64,000 nucleotides of DNA from assembly GCA_017515565.1 (NCBI GenBank), contig JAFWFN010000019.1:17785-81784 (forward strand), given 5' to 3'. Shown piece after piece: positions 41,199-49,545 of this stretch (within the stretch, counting starts at the first letter, position 1; each line of letters starts with the position of its first letter). The notes beneath the pieces are model-generated. The model had not been told where the DNA came from, ran no database searches, and was given only the letters and a program-made list of their open reading frames with translations. This stretch comes from Halomonas sp. Lineage in GTDB: Bacteria > Pseudomonadota > Gammaproteobacteria > Pseudomonadales > Halomonadaceae. The position numbers and the translations under genes were made by a program.

Positions 41199-41744
41199 CT
41201 ATGTTTCTGTACCGGCCGCTCCGCGTTGGGCTTTACGTGTTTTCCCGGCACGTGAAGGGGGCTGGCAAATACCGCATACATATCCGTGAAACGGGCTATG
41301 CGCATGGGCAACAAATCGCCCCTCACACCGGGTACATGTATTTAGCTGCAGCAGATCACTTTCAAAAAAACGCACCAGTGTCCACGCTCGCGTTAAGCCC
41401 AGCACTGGCTCCACGTCTTCAAGCGCTATTTGCTCTTCGTAAAGTCGATAAGCTTTAACGAACGCATCAATACGTTCGCAGCAGGTATCTTGTTGTAAAC
41501 TTGCATAAATATTATAAAAAAGTGATGAGTGCACGTTAGGCAACCAGGTAACAAACCAGTCTGCCGAAAAAGGCAACATCCCTTTTGGAGGCGACATGCC
41601 ACGCACTTCTTTATACAGCTTAATTAGGCGAGTACGGCTTAGATCCGTTTCCGTTTCCAACACCTGTAAACGTGCACCTAACTCAATCAGTTCGATTGCC
41701 AGCTGTACTTGATGCATTTCATCAACCAAGCTTTTCTGGCTCAC
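41199..41744 (-). CDS. flhC: Flagellar master regulator FlhC
   Basis: [29 protein letters not shown], zinc ligands CTRC...CGIC. Confidence 0.97.
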   Translation of the reverse strand: MSQKSLVDEMHQVQLAIELIELGARLQVLETETDLSRTRLIKLYKEVRGMSPPKGMLPFSADWFVTWLPNVHSSLFYNIYASLQQDTCCERIDAFVKAYRLYEEQIALEDVEPVLGLTRAWTLVRFFESDLLQLNTCTRCEGRFVAHAHSPFHGYVCGICQPPSRAGKTRKAQRGAAGTET

Positions 41745-42073
41745 TCTGCCCCTCCTTTGGGTAGTGAATCGAACGGTTCGCAGGCTGATAACAGCGATGC
41801 ATGCAATCCCGAAAGCCCTTGATCTCTGGGGTTTTCCATAATTTGACGCAAGCGCTGCCCGCTAGTTTGGCTAAACCGACATACCAATTGATTGGTACGC
41901 GCCAGCTTCGTTAACTGCCAAGCATTAAGTGAAACGAGCAAATCTGCCAGTTCGCTATCAATTTTCAGGCGAAACATGGCTGCCTCTCGATCTTCACTCA
42001 GTAGACGTTGGGCAAGAAGTAAGTACGCTAAGTTTAATTCTTCAATTTCATCGAGAAAGTTTGATTGGCTCAT
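41741..42073 (-). CDS. flhD: Flagellar master regulator FlhD
   Basis: [26 protein letters not shown]...[10 protein letters not shown]. Confidence 0.96.
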   Translation of the reverse strand: MSQSNFLDEIEELNLAYLLLAQRLLSEDREAAMFRLKIDSELADLLVSLNAWQLTKLARTNQLVCRFSQTSGQRLRQIMENPRDQGLSGLHASLLSACEPFDSLPKGGAE

Positions 42074-42176
42074 AGTGTTCCATCGGACGACACAGGCGCG
42101 GCTTTATAAACTTTATAATGACGCCATGGGTGACTTTTTCCATCAACGTCATGGTTGCACACAACGTCTACATTGG

Positions 42177-42470
42177 CTACTTGAGCTGCTCACGGTGACT
42201 TAGCGCACCTTCAGAAAGCTCAAACACCCACACCAGCAACTCAGCAACGACCTGATATAAGCTCGCAGGTATCTCGGCATCTAAATCCAACTGCATGAGC
42301 AGTGCCACCAACTCAGGAGCATCGTGCACATAAATCCCCTGACGCTGCGCCTCTGCCATAATCCGCTCAGCTAACTCACCATACCCTTTTGCCACAACCC
42401 GGGGTGCCTGCTCCCCCTCTTGATAGGCCAATGCCACGGCTTGGCGGCGCCGCTCACCCGGTGTCTTCAT
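42177..42470 (-). CDS. Stand-alone FlhB C-terminal-like protein (EscU/YscU family, FlhX/YlqH-like)
   Basis: AVALAY....APRVVAKG.GELAERI...A...GI.V...LVALL..LDLDAEIP..LYQVVAELL; corresponds to the post-NPTH part of FlhB. Confidence 0.88.
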   Translation of the reverse strand: MKTPGERRRQAVALAYQEGEQAPRVVAKGYGELAERIMAEAQRQGIYVHDAPELVALLMQLDLDAEIPASLYQVVAELLVWVFELSEGALSHREQLK

Positions 42471-43668
42471 GGTGGCTCTCCAAGCTTATATAACGCGCTT
42501 TAACCTGCACTTTGCGAAAATCCAGGGCCCCCAAACGTTGCTCTAACGCGCCTACCCCCTGCTCAAGTTGCCGGTATGTCGCTAGGTCTTCGGTGGCAAG
42601 ATCTATGCTGAGCACTGACTGATAGAGCCATAAAGCAACGCTAAATGCGCCTACATTGGGTACTTCGAGCTGCATTTCAGAGCGCCACCCTTCGCCTGAA
42701 TCAGTATCGTCCTGGGCGCTCTCACGCCCTTCATCACGTGTAGGCAAGTTAATCACTAGCGCCATAAAAATCCCGGCCCACACGTCGCCCTCCCAACGTA
42801 TGGTAGGCATAACCAGCATCTCCAGCTGCTGACGCACTAGGCTCTGCAGGTTTTCATGCACAATCTCACGACCGCCGCGCTGGATGGCTACATCGGCTAG
42901 CTCGCGCGCACCCACTGCATCCACTCTAGCCTGGGCTGATTCTTGCCTCTCTGCCTGTAGCGCGGCAGGACTGGTTGGCGTATTGACGAGGGCCACGGGG
43001 CGCTCAAGTGTCAGCCTTTCGCTTGCGACCGGCACCAGCGCTGTATTGGGCAAAATAGAAAAGTTGCCAGACCCCGTTGGCACAGAGGGGCCTGTCGCTA
43101 AAGATGTAGCAACCGCCGACAACACATTCACATTAGCAGGCATTACAGGCCGTGGGCCGGGCTGCATCTGGGGCTCACGCAATAGCTGCTGGCGAGAAAC
43201 ATCCCCCTGGAACCAGCGTTTTAAATGAGACTCGTAGAACAGACCACTATCTCGTACGCTCGACTCTAGACGCGTCGCGAGCGTCGTAGCTGACGGCGCG
43301 TCCTGAGCTCTCATTAGGGGAGCTTCAGGGCGCATAACGGTGGGCGGCGCAGGAAAACGCAGCAACACATCCGCAATCGTGCGTGCCGCAGGACTTAAAT
43401 GGGTCTGGGTGGAGCCTGGAGCCGTATTGACTCCGCCTTGGGTAGATAGGCGCTGCCCATCCGGGGAGTTTGGTAAGCGCTTAAGATCACCTAACGGCAG
43501 CGACATTGGCCGCCCGTCTAAGCTAGAATCACCTTGTAAGGCTCGCGGGCCTTCTCCCGGCGGAACAGGCTGCACAGGAGCATTCAAGGAGCGCTGTAAA
43601 GAGGCTTCCCCTTGACGCCCAAGCACTTGGTGCATGAGGGTATCAATAAGCGGCGTGATGCCACTCAC
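42454..43668 (-). CDS. FliK-like (hook-length control domain) protein, second copy type
   Basis: SVRDSGLFYESHL motif; C-terminal W.G.VW.G...W.S.MQLEVPNVGAFSVALWL resembles the FliK T3S4 domain; overlaps the FlhX-like gene. Confidence 0.75.
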   Translation of the reverse strand: MSGITPLIDTLMHQVLGRQGEASLQRSLNAPVQPVPPGEGPRALQGDSSLDGRPMSLPLGDLKRLPNSPDGQRLSTQGGVNTAPGSTQTHLSPAARTIADVLLRFPAPPTVMRPEAPLMRAQDAPSATTLATRLESSVRDSGLFYESHLKRWFQGDVSRQQLLREPQMQPGPRPVMPANVNVLSAVATSLATGPSVPTGSGNFSILPNTALVPVASERLTLERPVALVNTPTSPAALQAERQESAQARVDAVGARELADVAIQRGGREIVHENLQSLVRQQLEMLVMPTIRWEGDVWAGIFMALVINLPTRDEGRESAQDDTDSGEGWRSEMQLEVPNVGAFSVALWLYQSVLSIDLATEDLATYRQLEQGVGALEQRLGALDFRKVQVKARYISLESHHEDTG

Positions 43669-44072
43669 GGAGCCCCCTGGTCTTGTGTGCCTTCAGGGTC
43701 ATAGATGTCATGGCTGCCCTGCTGCGGCGCGTAGGCTCGGTGCAAATCACGCTGGCGCTGAGATACGCCAATTAGCTTCCCAAGCTCCTCACGTCGCGCA
43801 ACCAAACGCCGGCGAATTTCAACATCGTGCTCAAGAATACTTTCCAACAGCTCAGCCTTTCGGGTCTTGGCAGAAGCATCTAACACGACTTTTTTATCAA
43901 GCTCACGCAACTCTTCGACTAACGTCACGTAATGGGTGCGCTGCTCAATAAGCTCTGGCCACTGCTCCGCATTGGCTAGCTCTTGCATATGCCTTGCACG
44001 TACAAGCAGTTCGGCGTAAGCCTTTAGCAGCGCTTTTTGAGTAGTGCCATGGACAGCTTCAGAACCCGACAT
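43665..44072 (-). CDS. fliT: Flagellar chaperone FliT
   Basis: M.ELANAEQWPELIE...Y...V...ILEHDVEIRRRL..RREELGKL; follows fliS. Confidence 0.85.
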   Translation of the reverse strand: MSGSEAVHGTTQKALLKAYAELLVRARHMQELANAEQWPELIEQRTHYVTLVEELRELDKKVVLDASAKTRKAELLESILEHDVEIRRRLVARREELGKLIGVSQRQRDLHRAYAPQQGSHDIYDPEGTQDQGAP

Positions 44073-44079
44073 AGTTGCC

Positions 44080-44496
44080 TCATGCACTCTGCTGTTGGCC
44101 GATTTCACGCCAAGCTGAAGCGATATCTTCCAGTAACCGTTCCGCCTGACTCAGGCTCTCTTCATCATTACGTAGGTTAGCAACTAAGAGTAAGCGGGCA
44201 ATGTAGTCGTACAAGGACGCTAGCCGCTCAGCAATGGCACCGCCCTGCTCCTGATCCAATGCAGCCGCTAAGCCATTATTAATAATATCCAACGCCTTGG
44301 ATATCGACTTTCCCTTCTCGGCTGTGTTGCCTGCCTGCATATGAATTCGTGCCGCCCGGATAGCCGCTTGGGCGCCGTCAAACAGCATTACGATAAGCTG
44401 GTGCGGGTCAGCAGACATCACACCGCTCTCCACGCCGACACGGGCATACGCCTTAGCACCACGCCCGTAGGCGGCGCCACTGCGAGAGTATGTCAT
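44080..44496 (-). CDS. fliS: Flagellin chaperone FliS
   Basis: AYARVGVESGVMSADPHQLIVMLFDGA...A..LASLYDY...AW; AGGAG RBS before ATG 44496. Confidence 0.97.
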   Translation of the reverse strand: MTYSRSGAAYGRGAKAYARVGVESGVMSADPHQLIVMLFDGAQAAIRAARIHMQAGNTAEKGKSISKALDIINNGLAAALDQEQGGAIAERLASLYDYIARLLLVANLRNDEESLSQAERLLEDIASAWREIGQQQSA

Positions 44497-44565
44497 AAGC
44501 GGGCACTCCTTCATTGGGTAACACAACAGCTGAGCCCATAGGGCTAATACTTGCTGTTAATGATT

Positions 44566-44590
44566 CAAAAAATTTGAGCTTTCAAGCTCA
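44566..44590 (-). terminator. Terminator-like hairpin in the fliS leader
   Basis: Minus strand TGAGCT-TGAA-AGCTCA-AA-TTTTTT. Confidence 0.55.
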
Positions 44591-44601
44591 GCTATGTAGT
44601 T

Positions 44602-44628
44602 ATATCGGCGCACCCACCACAGACTTTA
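44602..44628 (-). promoter_or_regulatory. sigma28 promoter upstream of fliS
   Basis: TAAAGTCT-N11-GCCGATAT. Confidence 0.85.
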
Positions 44629-44713
44629 ACCCTCAAACACACTTTCGCTTAGAAAAGTAATGCTCGCAGGATGGAAAGTAACCTAGCTGCTAGACGATGG
44701 CAGCCAAATCACA

Positions 44714-46405
44714 TCAGGTGGATACTGCCACCTCCCTAACAGGCCGCCCCAACCTCTCAAAGACATCACCATGCACGGATATTCCCAACGTATCGCGCAG
44801 CGGCGGCTCAACCCCCTCGGCCAGAACTACCTCAGATGGTGTACCATCTTTATTAAGGCGCACAATCCAGGCCAACTGCTCACTTGAAAAGTGGGCAAGC
44901 GAGCCAACAGGAAGCGTTTTAAAGTGCTCGACATAGCGCTTGATCCAGCGAGGATCAAATTGATGCGGATGACGCAATAAATGACGATAAATTTGTTGCG
45001 CTGTTCGAGCCGGACGGTCGGCCCGGTCACGGCGCATTGCCTCAACAACATCGACAATCGCGCTGGCTTTAGCCAACTCGTTAATATCATTACCCGACAA
45101 ACCGTCTGGGTAGCCACTGCCATCAAGCCGCTCGTTAATGCCCCCAATTACCGCCTTGGCAACGGAGGCTGAAAGCCATTGACAGTTGTGTAGCCGATCC
45201 ATTAGCAGAGACACATGCTCACTCATGGCCTGACGATGGGTAGCTTCAAAATTGGGCGCCTTGAAAACCACTTGGGGAACAAGCGCCTTGCCTAGATCGT
45301 GGATCAAACCACTGGCCACAACCGCCTTTTGCACGTCGCGCGGCATGTTACTTCCCACTAGATCCAGCAGGTGCACTGCCACGGCAATACCATGGCGCAC
45401 GAGAAGCGGCTCAGGGGATAAGCAGCGCGAAGCAAATAGCAGCGCCTCGCGATCCTCTTCATGCAGCATTAATACGCGGTCGGCGTTGCGCGAGAGTTGC
45501 CGGGAGTCAATATCACTACCCTGTTGTAGCAGCAGTAATTGAGCATCTAGGTAAGCCGCCACCTTCACAAGGCGCCTAGCCGTCGGGGTGGCGTAACGCT
45601 TAATATCGCGGCGCCCAACAAGCTCTGACCCTTCGGCTCGCCTACCTGTCTGCTCAAACAGTGGCGATGGCTGACGATCTTCTTGCGTCTCTTTCTTATA
45701 GCGTGCCGCTTCACGCTCAATCTCACACACGAAGTACCAAATTTGACGCTCTTGCTCCGACGTGCAATTTGCAAAACGAAACCCCACCCGCAAAATATGG
45801 CGCTCAGGGTCTGTTTTCTGGTGGCGGGCCACGCCCTGTGCTTCAAAATAAGTACCATCAGGAAAGGTATAGGCAAGCTTAAGGGGACCATCAGCCTCAG
45901 CAAGCACGCCACTCGCAGCTAAAGGCAGCTCTATCTGGCAGCCATCCTGGGAAAGATCGCGCAGCTCACCCTGGACGCTCTCACCATCGGCGCTAACCAC
46001 TGCTGCGGACACCACCATCCCCATGCGCAGCTCTGCGCGAAACGATTCGCGCCGCTGCAGCACATCTATTGAGGCTGGGTAGTCGCTACAGCATAAAAAA
46101 CGCCCACCGGTGCGTCGCGTTTCGGTTAACGAAAGCAGCGGCGTACGCAACACCTTGCCCTGAGATTGGCCGCGTAAGAAGAATTGTTCGCCCTGCTGCA
46201 AGCGGCCTAGCAAGTAATCAACGGAAGACAAGTCCATGACCAGGGCTTCCCCAGCGTGCTGTTCCATTAACACAATAGGCTCAGGACGCGCATCCGACGT
46301 AGCCAAACAGAGCGATACACCACCGCTTTCAATCATGGCATTTAAATAAGCGCTTATCGTTGAGGCACTGGTAACGCCTTCATACTCATCTTGCTGAACG
46401 ACCAT
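44714..46405 (-). CDS. YcgR/PilZ flagellar-brake-like protein fused to a degenerate HD-GYP domain
   Basis: QRRESFR (RxxxR) and DLSQDG (DxSxxG); then IHDLGK and GINERLDGSGYP. Confidence 0.87.
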   Translation of the reverse strand: MVVQQDEYEGVTSASTISAYLNAMIESGGVSLCLATSDARPEPIVLMEQHAGEALVMDLSSVDYLLGRLQQGEQFFLRGQSQGKVLRTPLLSLTETRRTGGRFLCCSDYPASIDVLQRRESFRAELRMGMVVSAAVVSADGESVQGELRDLSQDGCQIELPLAASGVLAEADGPLKLAYTFPDGTYFEAQGVARHQKTDPERHILRVGFRFANCTSEQERQIWYFVCEIEREAARYKKETQEDRQPSPLFEQTGRRAEGSELVGRRDIKRYATPTARRLVKVAAYLDAQLLLLQQGSDIDSRQLSRNADRVLMLHEEDREALLFASRCLSPEPLLVRHGIAVAVHLLDLVGSNMPRDVQKAVVASGLIHDLGKALVPQVVFKAPNFEATHRQAMSEHVSLLMDRLHNCQWLSASVAKAVIGGINERLDGSGYPDGLSGNDINELAKASAIVDVVEAMRRDRADRPARTAQQIYRHLLRHPHQFDPRWIKRYVEHFKTLPVGSLAHFSSEQLAWIVRLNKDGTPSEVVLAEGVEPPLRDTLGISVHGDVFERLGRPVREVAVST

Positions 46406-46587
46406 GCTCGTCTCGCCTTCCTTACCACGTTATTGTTTGACACCCAACCTGAAGCGACAGAGCATAGCAGAAGCTTTCAGCAAGCCACATGTGCCCACTA
46501 GCCTAATTATGTTTTTTCTTTTCACAGATACCTGCCTATGAAAACTTGTCGATCTAACAAAAGCATCACAAGCCCAGCATTAACTCC

Positions 46588-46614
46588 TAAAGATTAGAAT
46601 GTGTCGGCCGATAG
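46588..46614 (+). promoter_or_regulatory. sigma28 promoter of flaG
   Basis: TAAAGATT-N11-GCCGATAG. Confidence 0.85.
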
Positions 46615-46715
46615 AGATAGAGAGGCTCAATAATTAAGCAATAAGCTGCCTCAGCCTTTGATATTGCAACGCTACCTAGCCGTTAGGCTTACTTACCTTT
46701 GAAGGAACGTCTCTT

Positions 46716-47075
46716 ATGGGTCCACTGCCATTAGACAGCGCGTCTGCTTCACTACCTACTCCATCAACGCAAACGCTTACGCCACGCCAAGAGCTTGTGA
46801 ACAAACTCAGCCAACTCACAACACAAGAGAGCCAAGCTCCTGCCAGCAGCACAATTACGAAAGAAGAGTTGGTTGAGCCCATACAGCGTATTAATGATGT
46901 TATGCGACCACGCGGCCTTGAGTTTGATGTTAGCGAGCAGTCCACGCGCATCATCACCCGGGTTGTAGACCGAGACACAGGTGATGTTATTCGCCAAATA
47001 CCGGCTGAAGAAGTGCTATTACTTGCCGAACAACTAGAGGAAATGCAAGGCCGACTTATCTCAGTGGAAGCGTAA
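46716..47075 (+). CDS. flaG: Flagellar protein FlaG
   Basis: L.FDVSEQSTRIITRVVDRDTGDVIRQIPAEEVL.LA...G.L motif. Confidence 0.9.
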   Translation: MGPLPLDSASASLPTPSTQTLTPRQELVNKLSQLTTQESQAPASSTITKEELVEPIQRINDVMRPRGLEFDVSEQSTRIITRVVDRDTGDVIRQIPAEEVLLLAEQLEEMQGRLISVEA

Positions 47076-47204
47076 AACAACCGCGTTTAGCAAGCGAACG
47101 CTTAGCAGTACGTAGTAAGACTATAAAAACTGATTAGCCTTTCAGTCAGCGTTCGCCATGCCGCTTTTCACACCATGCCCCTAGCCCCACCTTCGCCTTA
47201 CTTG

Positions 47205-47531
47205 CTAGACCTGCATATTCATCACGTCCCGGTAGGCAGAGACTAGCCGGTTACGTACCTGCAATCCCATCTGAAAAGCAACACTGGCCTTTTGCATATC
47301 CACCATAACGTCATTTAACTCAACATTAGGCTCGCCTGCCTGAAACGCCATTGCCTTGGTGTTAGCACTCTGCTGAAGACGGTTAATGCGCTGTATGGAA
47401 GCTTGAAGCTCACTACCGAAACCGCCCTGACCAACGGCGGTAGAGACATGCTCGCCTTTAATAGGCTGAGCCGCCTGGGAAGCCATGTTCTGCATTTGCT
47501 GCAGGGCAGCCTGAATAGGGGGAGAACTCAT
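47205..47531 (-). CDS. fliE: Hook-basal body protein FliE
   Basis: LNDVMVDMQKASVAFQMGLQVRNRLVSAYRDVMNMQV. Confidence 0.98.
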   Translation of the reverse strand: MSSPPIQAALQQMQNMASQAAQPIKGEHVSTAVGQGGFGSELQASIQRINRLQQSANTKAMAFQAGEPNVELNDVMVDMQKASVAFQMGLQVRNRLVSAYRDVMNMQV

Positions 47532-47787
47532 ACGTATGCCTCATTCGCATGAAAGTAAAATAATGCCTGCAGCCTATCACTGGTAGCATAAGACTCATAC
47601 GAACAAATAGGTACGAAAAGCCAAGCTTTTCGTTCATTTATGGTCGACGCGCCCCGGGATAATGGCGTTCATCATAATTCCGCTTACTACTTTCAGCGGA
47701 TAACCGCGATCGACGGATATAGCCTATGCCTTCTTTGGTGATGCGCCTGGGCCGTCATCGGTTTTGCCTGCCCTCTAGGAGGGATGC

Positions 47788-49545
47788 ATGAGCGAAACTG
47801 GTGCTACGGCAGGCCGTCAGAACAGTACGACCCAAAACGTCCCCCGCAGTGGAACGGCAGAGAGTGAGACTAAAAGCACGCCGACGGTTGAACGCATGCT
47901 GAAACAGCTGCGAGGCAACCCACTGGTAGTGTTATTGGTCGCTGCTGCTGCGTCTATTGCTGTTGTCGCGGCGCTCTTCATGTGGGCCAGCAGCCCTGAA
48001 TACCGCGTGCTCTACAGCAACCTCAGTGAAGCCGACGGCGGACGCATCATCGCCGAACTCGATAGCCGAGGCGTTCCCTATCAGTTTAGCGAAGGCGGCC
48101 AAGCGCTATTAGTGCCTGGCAATAATGTTCACACGCTTAGGCTTCAGCTTGCTGAGCAAGGCCTGCCTCGCGGCGGCAACCTTGGCCTGGAGCTTATGGA
48201 TAACCAAGCCTTCGGTATTAGTCAGTTTGCTGAGCAGGTCAATTTCCAGCGCGGCTTAGAAGGTGAGTTAGCCCGTTCCATTGAGTCGCTTGGCCCAGTG
48301 GAAAGGGTGCGGGTTCACCTTTCCATGGCCAAGCCGTCGGTCTTTATACGCGACCGCGAGCCTGCCAAGGCATCCATTGTTCTGACCCTACTACCCGGCC
48401 GAGTTTTAGGTGAAGGCCAAGTCAGCGCTATTGTGCACATGGTCTCCAGCAGCGTACCTGAACTGTCCACCGAGGACGTCACGGTAGTCGATCAAAACGG
48501 TCGCCTACTGACCGCCAACGCCTCTCAGGGGAATGACCTTGATGGTTCCCAGCTGGCTTATATCACCGAAGTAGAGCGCTCCTACCAGCGCCGTATCGAG
48601 AATATTCTTTCGCCTATTTTGGGCAGTGAAAACGTGCGCGCCCAGGTCGCTGCACAAATCGATTTTTCACGCCGCGAAGAAACCTCTGAGCGCTACGGCC
48701 CTAACCAGGCGCCCAATGAGTCGGCCGTGCGCAGCCGTCAGCTAAGCCTTTCTTACGATGGCGAAGACCCATTAGCAACGGGAATACCTGGCGCGCTTAG
48801 CAACACCCCGCCCGGCGTGGCACCTGCCCCTATCAATCAGCCAGACGCTGAGGAGGGTGAGAATGACCTGCCGGCCAATGCGCTACGCAACCTACGCCAA
48901 GACGACGTCGTTAATTACGAAGTTGATCGTAGCATTGAGCATATTCAGCATCGCCTGGGGCAGGTTCAGCGCCTCTCGGCAGCGGTTGTCGTAAATTTCC
49001 GCCGCGCCATCAATGATGAGGGCGAGGTAGAACAAGTCGCTTTAAGCCCTGAAGAAGTTGCTCAGCTAGAGCGCCTCGTTCAACAAGCTATGGGCTTCTC
49101 ACTGGACAGAGGCGACCAAGTCGAAGTCGTTAACACCCCCTTTGCCAGCACCGACGAGGCGACGGATGAGGCCGATTGGTGGCGGCAACCCGAGATACTC
49201 TCGCTTGCCTCTACGCTGGGGCGCTACTTACTCGTGGCACTTGCTGCACTACTGCTTTATCTGCTGATACTCCGCCCGCTGATCAAACGCTATACGCAGA
49301 CACCCGTCATGGCAGCCGCTATGCCTGGCACTGGCAGTACCTTTAGCGTCAGCGTCGGTGACGAAAAGGATGATGAAGAGGATGAGTCGTCTTCAGAGGG
49401 CGGTGATACCTATAGCGATAAACCTAAACGTCGCCGTAAAACGTCGCTGTACGAACACAATCTTAACGACCTGCGGGAAATGGCCCAGGAAGACCCCCGC
49501 ATGGTCGCAATGATTATCCGTAGTTGGATGAATGCCAATGAGTAG
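47788..49545 (+). CDS. fliF: MS-ring protein FliF
   Basis: LYSNLSEADGG.I, FGISQF.EQVNFQRGLEGEL.RSI, NYEVDR.I. Confidence 0.98.
   Translation: MSETGATAGRQNSTTQNVPRSGTAESETKSTPTVERMLKQLRGNPLVVLLVAAAASIAVVAALFMWASSPEYRVLYSNLSEADGGRIIAELDSRGVPYQFSEGGQALLVPGNNVHTLRLQLAEQGLPRGGNLGLELMDNQAFGISQFAEQVNFQRGLEGELARSIESLGPVERVRVHLSMAKPSVFIRDREPAKASIVLTLLPGRVLGEGQVSAIVHMVSSSVPELSTEDVTVVDQNGRLLTANASQGNDLDGSQLAYITEVERSYQRRIENILSPILGSENVRAQVAAQIDFSRREETSERYGPNQAPNESAVRSRQLSLSYDGEDPLATGIPGALSNTPPGVAPAPINQPDAEEGENDLPANALRNLRQDDVVNYEVDRSIEHIQHRLGQVQRLSAAVVVNFRRAINDEGEVEQVALSPEEVAQLERLVQQAMGFSLDRGDQVEVVNTPFASTDEATDEADWWRQPEILSLASTLGRYLLVALAALLLYLLILRPLIKRYTQTPVMAAAMPGTGSTFSVSVGDEKDDEEDESSSEGGDTYSDKPKRRRKTSLYEHNLNDLREMAQEDPRMVAMIIRSWMNANE

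Noticed and set aside
41081-41458. ORFs of 81 and 117 aa around the flhC-motA spacer
   Set aside because: No RBS or recognisable motifs; they overlap flhC.
46406-46587. sigma28 promoter for the PilZ-HD-GYP gene (expected by analogy with ycgR)
   Set aside because: No acceptable -10/-35 pair found on the minus strand.
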